Assembly (NCBI GenBank): GCA_031580945.1
Contig: JAVLBT010000002.1
Location: 5,016 to 69,015 of the forward strand
DNA length: 64,000 bases
Direction: 5' to 3'
From: Gracilimonas sp.
GTDB taxonomy: Bacteria > Bacteroidota > Rhodothermia > Balneolales > Balneolaceae
Below, one piece after another: positions 38,817 through 49,711 of this stretch. Made by a program: the position numbers and the translations under genes. The stretch's first letter is position 1; each line of letters begins with the position of its first letter. The notes beneath the pieces were generated by a model. The model ran no database searches. It was not told the DNA's origin and saw nothing but the letters and a program-made list of their open reading frames with translations.

Positions 38817-40088
38817 ATGAGCAAAACAGACAAAGACATATCACAAATAGTATATCAATTGCGTGGCAGCGGCCCCGTCATGTTTTTGGAATCTCAAATG
38901 AAAGGTCATCCTTCCAGTGTAAGATCCTTCGTTGCTGCAGAACCTGCAGGGTGGATCAAAGCTTGGGGGAATGACATTGAGATCATGCAAAATGGGCAGG
39001 TAAGACGGTTTCAACAAAATCCCTGGCAAGCACTAAAAGAATTCAGAAAACCAAAAGAAGATTGGTTATTTGGATATCTGGGCTATGATCTGAAGAACCA
39101 GCTGGAAAATCTTCAATCCAGAAATAAAGCGCTTTATAAGGCACCTGATATGTGTTTCATAAAGCCAGGGCTGATCTTAGAAATTGATCTTCAAAATCGC
39201 ATTAAGATTCTGAGAGGAAGTCTGCCTGAAAAGTATCGCACGATCCAAACCAATGGTGTATCTGTACGACCGAAAAGAAAGATAGATAAAGATAAATATA
39301 TCCATTTGGTGGAGATGGCTAAGCAGGATATCCATGAAGGGGATTATTATGAGATAAATTTGTCGCATGCATTGGAATTTGAATTTGAGGGAGAGCCCTA
39401 TGAATTATATGAATCCATGAAACGGGTAGGACCTGTTCCATTCGGAAGTTACCTGTATTTAGGAGATTATGATATCTGTTGCGCATCCCCAGAACGATTT
39501 TTGGCAAAAAAAGAAGACCGTGTTTGGTCGCAGCCAATAAAAGGCACAGCTTCGCGACAAGTTGAATCGGAGAAGGCTTTAAGGAAGCTAAGGGAATCTG
39601 AAAAAGAACGAGCCGAAAATCTTATGATCGTTGACCTTGTGCGAAATGATCTAAGCCGAATTGCCCTTAAGAATACCGTACAAGTGTCAGATTTATTTGA
39701 GATACAAAGTTTTGAAACCGTACATCAAATGGTTTCTACGGTGGAATGCAAGGTTGACAAGAAAGAAGATAGTATTGAAATTATTAAAGCCTGTTTCCCA
39801 ATGGGGTCCATGACCGGCGCTCCTAAGATCTCAGCTATGGAAGCAATCGAAAAATACGAGAATTATAAGCGCGGCATCTATTCGGGAGCTATAGGATACA
39901 TAGATCCAAATGGAGATTTTGACTTTAATGTGGTAATCAGGACTGCCATTATTCAAAACAATGATCTTTTTTATCCAGTGGGCGGGGCTATCACCAGCGA
40001 TTCAAATCCGAATGAAGAATGGGAAGAGACATTGGTTAAAGCCAGGGCAATTACCAATATTTTACAGAACAGTGAAGGGGCTGAATGA
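38817..40088 (+). CDS. pabB: Aminodeoxychorismate synthase component I / chorismate-binding enzyme
   Basis: SPERFL, PIKGT, KERAENLMIVDLVRND, FPMGSMTGAPK. Confidence 0.85.
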   Translation: MSKTDKDISQIVYQLRGSGPVMFLESQMKGHPSSVRSFVAAEPAGWIKAWGNDIEIMQNGQVRRFQQNPWQALKEFRKPKEDWLFGYLGYDLKNQLENLQSRNKALYKAPDMCFIKPGLILEIDLQNRIKILRGSLPEKYRTIQTNGVSVRPKRKIDKDKYIHLVEMAKQDIHEGDYYEINLSHALEFEFEGEPYELYESMKRVGPVPFGSYLYLGDYDICCASPERFLAKKEDRVWSQPIKGTASRQVESEKALRKLRESEKERAENLMIVDLVRNDLSRIALKNTVQVSDLFEIQSFETVHQMVSTVECKVDKKEDSIEIIKACFPMGSMTGAPKISAMEAIEKYENYKRGIYSGAIGYIDPNGDFDFNVVIRTAIIQNNDLFYPVGGAITSDSNPNEEWEETLVKARAITNILQNSEGAE

Positions 40089-40155
40089 AGTAGCTGATAT
40101 GAGGGTTATAATGTCAGGACATCACAAAAATAATCACTGAATAAACGCAAATAGA

Positions 40156-41643
40156 ATGAAGGCAACCACGCTTGGAGAGTTGAAGAAAAGTGGATGGGAA
40201 TCGGTTTCGGTAAAGGAAGAAATTCGTAGAAACCTGATCAAGAAAATTAAAAATAAAGAAGATCTATTTGAGGGTATTTTAGGTTATGACAAAACAGTGT
40301 TACCTCAGATACAACATGCACTACTTTCAAAACATGACATGATCTTATTGGGCCTTAGAGGTCAGGCCAAAACGCGTATTCTACGTATGCTGGTTAACTT
40401 TATGGATGAGTATATCCCCATTGTTAAAGGCTCTGAGATCAATGACGATCCTTTAAACCCACTTTCAAAATATGCCAAAGACCTGGTGGCAGAGAAAGGA
40501 GATGATACACCGATCGAATGGTTACATCGCTCCTATAGATACGGAGAAAAATTAGCCACACCGGATACAACAGTCGCAGATCTTATAGGAGATATCGATC
40601 CTATTAAAGCAGCAACAAAAAAATTAACCCTCGCTGACCAAAATGTTATTAATTTTGGATTGATACCACGTACCAATCGTGGACTTTTTGTGATCAATGA
40701 ATTACCCGATCTACAACCAAGGATACAGGTTGCTTTGCTTAATATTATGCAGGAACGGGACATTCAAATTCGGGGATTTAACGTCCGGATTCCTCTGGAT
40801 GTATCTATGGCATTTTCTGCAAATCCCGAAGATTATACCAATCGCGGAAATATTATCACCCCCCTTAAGGACCGTATAGATTCTCAAATTATTACTCATT
40901 ACCCAAAAGAGCTGGGTATTGGCGTGGATATTACAAGACAAGAAGCCTGGCAAGAACGTGAAAACGGCATAAGAATCCATGTACCTGAACTATACAGAGA
41001 AATTATTGAACAGGCAGCTTTTGAAGCTCGTGATTCAGAATATGTAGACCAAAAAAGCGGAGTCTCAACTCGTATGACCATAACGGCTTTAGAACAAGTG
41101 GTTTCATCAGCAGAACGCAGAGCAATTTTAAATGATGAAAAAGAGACATCTGTGCGAATAGCAGATCTTTATCACATGATTCCGGCATTAACCGGTAAGA
41201 TCGAATTGGTATATGAGGGAGAACAGGAGGGAGCTATCAATGTAGCGAAACATATACTTGGAAAAGCAGTTAGTAAAACGTTTAAAAGACATTTCCCAGA
41301 TCCCCAAAGTAAAGCTGAGGAACAAAAAGATAAGTACAAAGAAATCATGGATTGGTTTGCCAATGGAAATGAGATCAATATTTCAGACACGCTCTCAAAT
41401 AAACATTATGAAAAAGCATTATCAGAAGTTGAGGGTCTGAAAAATGTACTAAAGAAATATGCAAAAGAGATCTCAAAAAAAGAATATCCGGTTTGGATGG
41501 ATTTTGTATTAGAAGCCCTTCACCAAAACTCAATGCTTAGTAAACAAGACCTTGATGACCAAACATTATATTCCGATATGTTGGGATCAATGTTTTCTTC
41601 GTTAGGTGATTTTGATGAAGAAGGACTCGACGATTTTGAGTAA
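40156..41643 (+). CDS. Magnesium chelatase subunit I-like AAA+ ATPase
   Basis: GLRGQAKT Walker A, INELPDL, SANPEDYTNRG. Confidence 0.85.
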   Translation: MKATTLGELKKSGWESVSVKEEIRRNLIKKIKNKEDLFEGILGYDKTVLPQIQHALLSKHDMILLGLRGQAKTRILRMLVNFMDEYIPIVKGSEINDDPLNPLSKYAKDLVAEKGDDTPIEWLHRSYRYGEKLATPDTTVADLIGDIDPIKAATKKLTLADQNVINFGLIPRTNRGLFVINELPDLQPRIQVALLNIMQERDIQIRGFNVRIPLDVSMAFSANPEDYTNRGNIITPLKDRIDSQIITHYPKELGIGVDITRQEAWQERENGIRIHVPELYREIIEQAAFEARDSEYVDQKSGVSTRMTITALEQVVSSAERRAILNDEKETSVRIADLYHMIPALTGKIELVYEGEQEGAINVAKHILGKAVSKTFKRHFPDPQSKAEEQKDKYKEIMDWFANGNEINISDTLSNKHYEKALSEVEGLKNVLKKYAKEISKKEYPVWMDFVLEALHQNSMLSKQDLDDQTLYSDMLGSMFSSLGDFDEEGLDDFE

Positions 41644-41720
41644 TTATTTCATTGAATTCAGTTCAAGTTAATCTTATATTTAAAGCCTTTGCAAATTTCA
41701 AGCAAGTACAGCACAAGACC

Positions 41721-41939
41721 ATGAAAAAAGGAATTCATCCAGATTACAAAGAAATTACGGTATTGATGAGTGATGGTACCGAAATCCAAACCCGCAGTAC
41801 AATGGACACCAAAGATGGTGTTTATCGAAGCGAAGTTGATTCTAAAAACCATCCATTTTATACCAAGAGCAATACATTTACGTCTACAGCAGGCCGGGTC
41901 GACCGTTTCAAGCGTCGTTATGGCAAAAAAGACGATTAA
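41721..41939 (+). CDS. rpmE: 50S ribosomal protein L31 (no Zn-binding cysteines)
   Basis: MKKGIHPDY..HPFYT..AGRVDRFKRRY; likely start ATG 41721. Confidence 0.93.
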   Translation: MKKGIHPDYKEITVLMSDGTEIQTRSTMDTKDGVYRSEVDSKNHPFYTKSNTFTSTAGRVDRFKRRYGKKDD

Positions 41940-41960
41940 ATTGTTTTTTAACTATTTATA

Positions 41961-41997
41961 GAGGATGCATCATCAATAGTGATGCGTCCTTTTTTTT
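41961..41997 (+). terminator. Intrinsic terminator after rpmE
   Basis: GGATGCATCA-loop-TGATGCGTCC plus T8. Confidence 0.85.
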
Positions 41998-42009
41998 ATT
42001 TAGGAGCAT

Positions 42010-42642
42010 ATGGATATCCGCAAATTTGAAGTAGGTCCTTTTCTGGAGAATACTTATCTGCTGACCAACAAAGATCAACATATCCTTATTGATCCGGGGT
42101 TTTCTACCGAAACGGAATTCAGGGATTTTAAACAATCACTGACTGGCGACCTGCAAGCAATTGTGCTAACACATGCACATGTAGATCATGTAATGGGAAT
42201 TGACCGTACACTCCTCGATTTTGATATTCCAGTCTATCTTTGTGAAGAAGAACGTTTTTTGTGGGATAATTTTGGAAGTCAGGCAAAAATGTTTGGTCTC
42301 AATCAGGGGGGCTTTACTTTTAAACCTCATTCTTTGCCAAAAGAAGGAAACTTTGAAATCGGAAATTTTAGATTCGAATGCTTGTATACCCCCGGGCATT
42401 CACCAGATCATATCTCGCTTTATTTTGAAGATGAACAAGCCTTGATCGCAGGTGATACTTTGTTTAAGGAAAGCATTGGTCGGACAGACCTGTATCAAGG
42501 TGATTTCACAATTCTGGAAAAGAGTATTCAAGAGAAGTTGTATGTTTTACCAGAACAGACAACCGTTTATCCCGGGCATGGACCCACAACAACCATTGGC
42601 CATGAAAAAAAGTCAAATGCATTCGTTAAGGCTGGATCTTAA
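42010..42642 (+). CDS. MBL-fold metallo-hydrolase (glyoxalase II-like)
   Basis: THAHVDH, TPGHSPDH, GDTLF, PGHGP. Confidence 0.92.
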   Translation: MDIRKFEVGPFLENTYLLTNKDQHILIDPGFSTETEFRDFKQSLTGDLQAIVLTHAHVDHVMGIDRTLLDFDIPVYLCEEERFLWDNFGSQAKMFGLNQGGFTFKPHSLPKEGNFEIGNFRFECLYTPGHSPDHISLYFEDEQALIAGDTLFKESIGRTDLYQGDFTILEKSIQEKLYVLPEQTTVYPGHGPTTTIGHEKKSNAFVKAGS

Positions 42643-42752
42643 TGCATTCGTGAATATTCCCTATACGGAATAAACCGACTGACATTTTATTATTTGGTAA
42701 CAGTTTGAGATATATATGCTATGGTATCATGCGCATTGAAAGGAAGCCGATA

Positions 42753-43370
42753 TTACTTTGATTTGTCACGTAATTTTGAGATCTGCTCTTTGTAATGATC
42801 CGATTTGTCCATATCTCTGTCTATGAGCCTTTCATACATTTTTATCGCCTCTTTATGGCGTCCTTGATTGGTATGAATTTTAGCTAAAGTTTCAGATGCA
42901 AGATCATCAATCTCCTCAGAATCTTTACTGAGGTCAGAACTATCAAAATCTTCATCTTCAGATGGTATTTGTATACGCTGAGATTCTACTTCTTCAAGCA
43001 TTTGTATCAAACGGTCCAGGTCAAGAATAGGGGATGTTCTTGAAGCTTGTTGAAGTTTTATCCCGGTTGAAATGTAAGATTTGGTCGGAATAGCAGCTTC
43101 AAACTTTTCAGGATGAACCAGGAAATAATGCAGATGCTCCATGAGTGGACTACCCGGAGCATACGTTTTCGCTTTTAAAGCTTCTTGTATTGATTTTTTG
43201 TTTTCATTTTGTAAATGGTAGAACCAGGAAAGCAGAAAATGTCCAACGGCATCAGGCCCTCTTTTCTTCAAATGGCGTTTTAGCTTGGTAATGACCTGAT
43301 CAGGTTCATCTTCAAACTTTTCAACATAAGAAGAGAGTGATTTTGGGATATGAAAAGGAAGTTCTTGCAT
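42753..43370 (-). CDS. Conserved hypothetical TPR-like protein downstream of lptE
   Basis: C-terminal ASETLAKIHTNQG..AIKMYERL; likely start MQELPF at 43370. Confidence 0.75.
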   Translation of the reverse strand: MQELPFHIPKSLSSYVEKFEDEPDQVITKLKRHLKKRGPDAVGHFLLSWFYHLQNENKKSIQEALKAKTYAPGSPLMEHLHYFLVHPEKFEAAIPTKSYISTGIKLQQASRTSPILDLDRLIQMLEEVESQRIQIPSEDEDFDSSDLSKDSEEIDDLASETLAKIHTNQGRHKEAIKMYERLIDRDMDKSDHYKEQISKLRDKSK

Positions 43371-43429
43371 GCAGTAGGTTTTTATAGCTGCACAATAATA
43401 AAGGGTAGGAGGCTTACAGTCAAAGTAAA

Positions 43430-43945
43430 TTACCAATTACTTACTGAGTCATTGAACATATTATTTGCAATCTGTTCCAGAGCACTATTTGCCGCCTGAT
43501 TCTCCCCGTTTATAGGATCTTCAGTGGGGTCAAAGGTAAATTTTCCAGTAAAGGATTTACTCCACTGCGGTTCTTCATCTTTTGTATAGGAATATGTTGC
43601 TCTTACGGTGATGCTAACTTCATTCTGTGTGGCTTGCTCCTCGCCGCTAATAGTGAAAGGGCGGTTACTGTATGCAGTTATAACTCCATCTAACACGGCA
43701 TCAGCATCGGCTTCGGTATTCGCCAGGCTCAGGCTGCTTTGATTCACAAAACGGTTGATTAGGACGTCATTAAGCCGATTACTTAGGTCTCCCAAGCCAC
43801 TATTAGATTGGTCGGGAAAAAATGGGATATAAATAGTTTCCACTCCTGCTGGAATAGATGCACCTGTAAAGCTATACCTGATACATCCACCAGATAAAAA
43901 ACCTATGGCTATGACCAGCAGCAGCCAATACTTAATCGAGTCCAT
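43430..43945 (-). CDS. lptE: LPS assembly lipoprotein LptE (Bacteroidota type)
   Basis: Lipobox SGGC, YSFTGASI, C-terminal FNDSVSNW. Confidence 0.85.
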   Translation of the reverse strand: MDSIKYWLLLVIAIGFLSGGCIRYSFTGASIPAGVETIYIPFFPDQSNSGLGDLSNRLNDVLINRFVNQSSLSLANTEADADAVLDGVITAYSNRPFTISGEEQATQNEVSITVRATYSYTKDEEPQWSKSFTGKFTFDPTEDPINGENQAANSALEQIANNMFNDSVSNW

Positions 43946-45218
43946 ATTGGTCTAATTTTCTGTATAAAGTTCGTTCACTAACCCCAAGTGATTCTGATGC
44001 TTTTCTTCTATTTCCGTCAAACCGTTGGAGAGCTTGATGAATGAGGAATTTTTCAGCCTCTTCAATAGATGGAATTTCATCCCCGGAAAAGAACTGGGAT
44101 AATTCTGATTCTTCTGACTCCTCATAATCAGGTTCTTCAGGCATAGATTGCATACCCAGGGGAGCATGGTTTCCCAAATTTACATCTACATCCGAAACGT
44201 TTGTTTTATTTACCTCATCTCGAACTGATGCGGGTAGCGCTTTAATATTCTTATTCGAAAATGTTGAATATAGAAAGTTGGCAAACATCTTTTTGACATC
44301 AGCAATATCATTTCGTAATTCAACCAAAGCGCGATAAACGAGTTCACGGTCGGCTTTGCCAAAATCACCATCATGGGCTTGTTCCCTTTGGTCTTTTGGA
44401 GTTACCATTGGAAGATTATCTGCACTGCCCTCGTGTTGCCTTCCCTTAAGGTATTTTTGAAGTTTTTCTTTGTCGATAAATTGAGATTTTTCCAATACAA
44501 CCAATTGCTCGGCCACATTCCGGAGCTCCCGAATATTTCCCGGCCAACGATATGAAACTAAAAGTTCGCGGGCTTCATCCGAAAATCCTTTAAAAACGGA
44601 ATCATATTCTGCTGAATATTCCTGAACAAATTTTCGGAAGATTGGTATAATATCTTCTTGCCGGTCTCGCAAAGGTGGTAATTTGATCTGTACAGTATCC
44701 AGCCGGTAATAAAGATCTTCCCGAAAATCCCCATCCTTTACCATTTTCCAGAGATCTTGGTTAGTAGCAGCTATGACCCTGACATCCGTAGTCTGAACTT
44801 TACTGGAGCCAACTCTGAAAAACTCTCCGTTTTCTAATACGCGAAGCAGCTTGACCTGAACATTTTTAGGTGTATCGCCGATCTCATCCAAAAAGATCGT
44901 ACCCCCATCTGCTTTTTCAAAATATCCCTCACGAGAAGTTTCTGCTCCGGTAAAGGCACCTTTTTCATGTCCAAAAAGTTCACTTTCGATAATTCCTTCG
45001 GGAATTGCACCACAATTTACGATCACCAGGTTATTACGGCTTCTTTTACTCATGGCATGTATGGCCCTGGCCGTAACATCTTTTCCAACTCCACTCTCTC
45101 CCTGCAAAGTGACCGTAATATCAGTCTTTGCCACTTGCATGATCTTATCAATAACCTGACGCATGGGCTCTGAGGTGCCCAATAAACCATATTGCTCCTG
45201 AAATACTTCTCTGTCCAT
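43932..45218 (-). CDS. Sigma-54-dependent activator (AAA+ and Fis HTH, no receiver domain)
   Basis: GESGVGK, GAFTGA, DEIGD, WPGNIREL, LGVSERTLYRK. Confidence 0.93.
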   Translation of the reverse strand: MDREVFQEQYGLLGTSEPMRQVIDKIMQVAKTDITVTLQGESGVGKDVTARAIHAMSKRSRNNLVIVNCGAIPEGIIESELFGHEKGAFTGAETSREGYFEKADGGTIFLDEIGDTPKNVQVKLLRVLENGEFFRVGSSKVQTTDVRVIAATNQDLWKMVKDGDFREDLYYRLDTVQIKLPPLRDRQEDIIPIFRKFVQEYSAEYDSVFKGFSDEARELLVSYRWPGNIRELRNVAEQLVVLEKSQFIDKEKLQKYLKGRQHEGSADNLPMVTPKDQREQAHDGDFGKADRELVYRALVELRNDIADVKKMFANFLYSTFSNKNIKALPASVRDEVNKTNVSDVDVNLGNHAPLGMQSMPEEPDYEESEESELSQFFSGDEIPSIEEAEKFLIHQALQRFDGNRRKASESLGVSERTLYRKLDQYGLD

Positions 45219-45352
45219 AAATTAATTACACTTTTTACTTTTATCTTCCAATCTTTGAATATACCTGCATTTCTTTACTGCCAGAATGACGTAATTTAAT
45301 CATTCCTATTGTGGTAAGTAAACGAAAAGTAAGGTTGAAAAATTTGGGAAGT

Positions 45353-45835
45353 TCAGGATTTTATAAGCTCTGTAGCGTGTTCAACAGGAAGGGCACGTGT
45401 TTCCTTAAAACTTGATAAAACTAAGTTAGATCGTGTTTTGCTTACACCGTTCCAGGCCTGAATGCGAGAGAGTAAACTTTCAAAGGAACCGGTGTTCTTA
45501 GTCCGAACCTTTAAGAAATGAGAACCATCTCCGGTAATTGAATGGCATTCAAGTACTTCTTCTTCAGCTGAAGCTTTTTCTACAAAATTCTGATAATTTT
45601 CTGACCCATCTACTTGCACAAAAATAAAGGCGGTAATATCAAAATGAAATTTTTTACTGTTTAAAATTGCTTTGTAGCCTTCTATAAGACCTCTTTCTTC
45701 AAGCTTTTTCATTCGTTCAGAAACTGAAGGAACTGAAAGATTAACAAGATCAGCGATGGTGTTGCGTTGTGCGCGTCCATTTTGCTGTAAATGATTAAGA
45801 ATAGCAATGTCAGTATCGTCTAATAAATGGCTCAT
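45353..45835 (-). CDS. Lrp/AsnC family regulator
   Basis: LDDTDIAILNHLQ..ERMKKLEERGLIEGY..ECHSITG. Confidence 0.93.
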   Translation of the reverse strand: MSHLLDDTDIAILNHLQQNGRAQRNTIADLVNLSVPSVSERMKKLEERGLIEGYKAILNSKKFHFDITAFIFVQVDGSENYQNFVEKASAEEEVLECHSITGDGSHFLKVRTKNTGSFESLLSRIQAWNGVSKTRSNLVLSSFKETRALPVEHATELIKS

Positions 45836-45873
45836 GTTGGAGTCTTAGTTCCTAAAATTTATTTGAATGACTA

Positions 45874-45895
45874 AAAATAACCTAAATTATTTAGG
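45874..45895. promoter_or_regulatory. Palindromic operator upstream of the Lrp gene
   Basis: CCTAAAT-T-ATTTAGG perfect palindrome; near copy upstream of lat. Confidence 0.55.
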
Positions 45896-46023
45896 TAATC
45901 AATGGTAGAAGCGCTTCCATTTATGTATTTACATTTAGGTGTATTATGACAAAAAATCTGTAACAAAAAGGCGAATACCTCTTATCTTTGCGATTCAAAT
46001 TTCTAACTGAATTCAAAAGTTTC

Positions 46024-47292
46024 ATGCTTGATATCAACTTCATACGCGATCACCAAAAAAAGGTGGAACAAGCAATTATTAATAAAGGAGAAAAAGATAC
46101 TTCCGTAGTGCAGAAAGTTCTCGAGGCTGATGAGAAGTGGCGTTCAAAAGTGCATGAAGGTGATCTATTACGTGCGGAAAGCAATACCAAAGCAAAAGAG
46201 ATCGGGAAATTGATGGGACAGGGCAAGAAAGAAGAAGCCCAGGCTATTATTCAGAAAACTTCTGAAATGAAGGAAGAGATCAAAGGCATCGAAGAAGAGG
46301 TTCGGGAGCTGAGCGAAAAAAGAGAAAATCTGTTACTTAAAATCCCGAATGTTCCGCATGAAAGTGTGCCTGTAGGCTTCACTGAGGACGATAACGAGAC
46401 CTTCAAAACCTGGGGCGAGATCGACGAAAGGGAATGGCTGAAACCGCACTGGGAAATAACGGAAAAGCACGGTTGGATTGATTTCAAGAGGGGAGTAAAA
46501 GTAACGGGAGCCGGATTTCCCTTTTATGTGGGCCCGGTTGCTCAGCTTCAGCGTGCACTGATCAATTATTTTATAAATGAAGGCGTAGAAGCTGGATATA
46601 CCGAGCTGCAAGCACCCTATTTTGTAAATGAAGATTCTGCGCGCGGCACCGGACAAATTCCAGACAAGGAAGACATGATGTATGAAATTCCCCGGGATGA
46701 ATTCTTTATGATTCCCACCGCTGAAGTGCCCGTCACTAATTTTCACAGAGACGAGATTTTTGAGCTGGATGAAGTACCCCGAAAATATGTAGCCTACACG
46801 CCATGCTGGCGACGGGAAGCCGGTTCTTATGGCAAAGATGTCCGTGGCTTGAACCGACTGCATCAATTTGATAAGGTGGAACTTGTGAAGATCGTAAAAC
46901 CAGAAAATTCCTATAACGAATTAGAGAGTTTGAGGGAGCATGCAGAAAAGCTACTCGAAGCCCTTGAACTACCTTATCGAACGCTGCTAATGTGTACAGG
47001 CGATATGGGATTCACCCAAAGTAAAAAATATGATCTTGAAGTTTGGAGCCCGGGACAAAAGCGCTGGCTGGAAGTAAGTTCTTGCTCAAATTTTGAAAGT
47101 TTTCAAGCCAGACGAATGCAACTTCGATATCGTAAAGATGAGAAAGATATTGAGATCCTTCACACGCTGAATGGTTCCGGCTTAGCCTTGCCGAGGGTCG
47201 TTGCTGCAATTATAGAAACCTATCAGGAAGAAAATGGGAAGATAAAAGTGCCTGAAGTGCTTAAACCATTTTTTGGCAGAGATCATCTTTAG
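46024..47292 (+). CDS. serS: Serine--tRNA ligase
   Basis: MLDINFIR, IPTAEVP, RREAG, RLHQFDKVE, EVSSCSN, HTLNGSGLA. Confidence 0.98.
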   Translation: MLDINFIRDHQKKVEQAIINKGEKDTSVVQKVLEADEKWRSKVHEGDLLRAESNTKAKEIGKLMGQGKKEEAQAIIQKTSEMKEEIKGIEEEVRELSEKRENLLLKIPNVPHESVPVGFTEDDNETFKTWGEIDEREWLKPHWEITEKHGWIDFKRGVKVTGAGFPFYVGPVAQLQRALINYFINEGVEAGYTELQAPYFVNEDSARGTGQIPDKEDMMYEIPRDEFFMIPTAEVPVTNFHRDEIFELDEVPRKYVAYTPCWRREAGSYGKDVRGLNRLHQFDKVELVKIVKPENSYNELESLREHAEKLLEALELPYRTLLMCTGDMGFTQSKKYDLEVWSPGQKRWLEVSSCSNFESFQARRMQLRYRKDEKDIEILHTLNGSGLALPRVVAAIIETYQEENGKIKVPEVLKPFFGRDHL

Positions 47293-47382
47293 GAATCTTG
47301 TCGCTAAATAATCCTTTAGCTTTTCCCATCATTTCATTTGGGCAGGATAATAGTATCTTAGAAACTTTATTAATCGATAACA

Positions 47383-49398
47383 ATGGAAATGATGAAAAAA
47401 GGACTTATGATTATTCTGGGAATGATTTTAACCGTTCCTCTGATTGCGCAAAAAAGGCCAATGACGGCTGACGATGATCTAAATATGGTAAATTTGAGAT
47501 CTGCCATGATCTCACCTGATGGAGAATCGGTTGTTTTTGGTAAATCAGAGCTGGATTGGAAAGAAAATAAATACGAAACAAAGTATTATTTCATTCCATC
47601 AGACAGCGGAAATTCTTATCAATACATCGGCGAGGAAGGAGCTTCGGATATGAAATATTCCCCCGACGGAAAGTATATTTCTTTGAAGCGCAAAGTGGAT
47701 GATCATACGCAACTTTTTTTACTTCCAACCACAGGCGGTGAAGCGGTTCAACTTACAGAACATGATAATAGCATTGGATCGTACGAATGGTCGGCTGATA
47801 GCAAATCGATCTACTTTTTATCGGATGTACCTAAATCTGATGAAGAAAAGAAGAAGTATAAAGCCGGATATGATCAGCTTTTTGTAGATGAACCACCTAA
47901 CGGGCAAAGAGAAGGAGACTGGAACCACATTTGGAAATTCGATATTGACTCGGAAGAGGAAACTCAACTAACAAGAGGTGAAATGATCATCGGAGAGTTT
48001 ACAGTTTCTCCTGATGAGGAAAAAATACTTTATACCGCTCGATTTGAGAATCGCAGAAATCAGAACAATCTTTCTGAGATCTACCTTATGGAAGAAGGAG
48101 ACACTACTGCTGTAGCCTTGACGAACAACAAAGCTCCTGAAGGACAATTAGAATGGTTTCCCGATAATGAACATTTTCTTTATTCTGCTCCAAGCGATGA
48201 CGATTGGGAACTTGTACAAAGCAAGCTTTGGAGAATGAATGTACTTTCTGGGGAACATGAAATGGTTTCGGGTAATTTCAGCGGTGAGATGTCGGGTTAT
48301 TTCATTGATGATGATGGTGGGACGGTATTTTTCGGAGGTTTAGAAAAAACGAACTCCAACTTGTATTCTTTAGATCTGAATTCTGGAAGTGTTACACAAC
48401 ACACAGAAATTCAGGGCTCAATGAATGTGGTTGATTTTGATAAGGAAAGAGAAACACTGATCTACACATTCGAAGATATTCAAACCCCACCGGATCTTTA
48501 TGCTGCTAATATTTCGTCTTTAAATGACCCAACCAGGCTTACCAACATGAATCCATGGGTCACTGATAGTTTGCAGTTAGCTGATCATGAGGTAGTAACC
48601 TGGGAGAGTTATGACGGGCTGGAGATAGAAGGAATAAAATATATACCTTCAGATACAGATGTAGATGAAGAAACTCCATTCTTGCTTCATATTCACGGTG
48701 GTCCAGCCGGTGTTTTTAGGAATTCATTTCGCCCGATGTATCACATCTACGCGGGACTTGGATATCTGCAACTTGCTCCAAATGTACGAGGAAGCACAGG
48801 CTATGGAGATGAATTCTTACAAGGTAACATGAAAGATATCGGAGATGGAGATTATGAAGATCTGATGTCTGGTGTGGATATGCTGATCGACCAAAATGAA
48901 ATAGATCCAGATAAAATGGCGGTAAGAGGCTGGAGCTATGGAGGAATTCTGGGTGGTACGGTAATCACGAAAACTAACCGGTTTAAGGCTGCTTCATTGG
49001 GAGCAATGGTGTCAGACTGGTTATCTGAATATGCTTTAGGTTTCAATTATGATGTGAAACTCTGGTATATAGGAGGTACTCCATGGACAAATCCTGAAGG
49101 ATACCGGGAAAGATCGCCCGCAACGCATGCAGAAAAAGTAGAAACCCCTACACTGTTTTTGCATGGAGCAAATGATCGTGTTGATACACCTGCACAAAGC
49201 CGAATTTTCTTTACCTATTTAAAAGACATCGGGAAGGTAGATACGCGTCTGGTAGAATTTAAGCGGGAAGGACATGGACTCAGGGAACCAAGAAATCAAC
49301 GAGTTCGGTATACGGAAGAGATCAAATGGATCCAAAAATATACCTTGGGAGAAGAGTGGGAACCATGGGAAAGAAAAGAAAATGAGGAATCAAAATAG
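47383..49398 (+). CDS. S9 family peptidase (prolyl oligopeptidase/acylaminoacyl peptidase-like), secreted
   Basis: Beta-propeller, HGGP, GWSYGG nucleophile, HGANDRV, EGHG. Confidence 0.92.
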   Translation: MEMMKKGLMIILGMILTVPLIAQKRPMTADDDLNMVNLRSAMISPDGESVVFGKSELDWKENKYETKYYFIPSDSGNSYQYIGEEGASDMKYSPDGKYISLKRKVDDHTQLFLLPTTGGEAVQLTEHDNSIGSYEWSADSKSIYFLSDVPKSDEEKKKYKAGYDQLFVDEPPNGQREGDWNHIWKFDIDSEEETQLTRGEMIIGEFTVSPDEEKILYTARFENRRNQNNLSEIYLMEEGDTTAVALTNNKAPEGQLEWFPDNEHFLYSAPSDDDWELVQSKLWRMNVLSGEHEMVSGNFSGEMSGYFIDDDGGTVFFGGLEKTNSNLYSLDLNSGSVTQHTEIQGSMNVVDFDKERETLIYTFEDIQTPPDLYAANISSLNDPTRLTNMNPWVTDSLQLADHEVVTWESYDGLEIEGIKYIPSDTDVDEETPFLLHIHGGPAGVFRNSFRPMYHIYAGLGYLQLAPNVRGSTGYGDEFLQGNMKDIGDGDYEDLMSGVDMLIDQNEIDPDKMAVRGWSYGGILGGTVITKTNRFKAASLGAMVSDWLSEYALGFNYDVKLWYIGGTPWTNPEGYRERSPATHAEKVETPTLFLHGANDRVDTPAQSRIFFTYLKDIGKVDTRLVEFKREGHGLREPRNQRVRYTEEIKWIQKYTLGEEWEPWERKENEESK

Positions 49399-49426
49399 GG
49401 TAGAAAGGGAAATTTTACTTTGGGGA

Positions 49427-49636
49427 TTATTGGTCTCTTTTTGAGAGCCAGATAATTCCCCATATTAATCCAACCAGTGCCAATGCCACCCCGAATCCTC
49501 CAAGAAAGGCATAAAGGAGATAGGGTAAAATTATGCTGATCACAATACCGGAGATTACTTTGATTGGAGCAGCTGCGATAGCAGTAGCGCCAATTAGGGA
49601 GCTGAATATTCGAGCAAGACGTGAAAACATGATCAT
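49427..49636 (-). CDS. Small membrane protein
   Basis: 69-aa strongly hydrophobic ORF filling the gap after dusB. Confidence 0.55.
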   Translation of the reverse strand: MIMFSRLARIFSSLIGATAIAAAPIKVISGIVISIILPYLLYAFLGGFGVALALVGLIWGIIWLSKRDQ

Positions 49637-49711
49637 TGGGTTTGTTTAAAAGGAGATCGTTAATACGTCTGGCTTGTCCAAATGATTCAAATAAATAGAC
49701 AATGATGTTTG

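Noticed and set aside
41721-41939. Cys-free L31 as a zinc-starvation paralogue
   Set aside because: Cys-free L31 is the ordinary form in many lineages, and no Zur box was recognised
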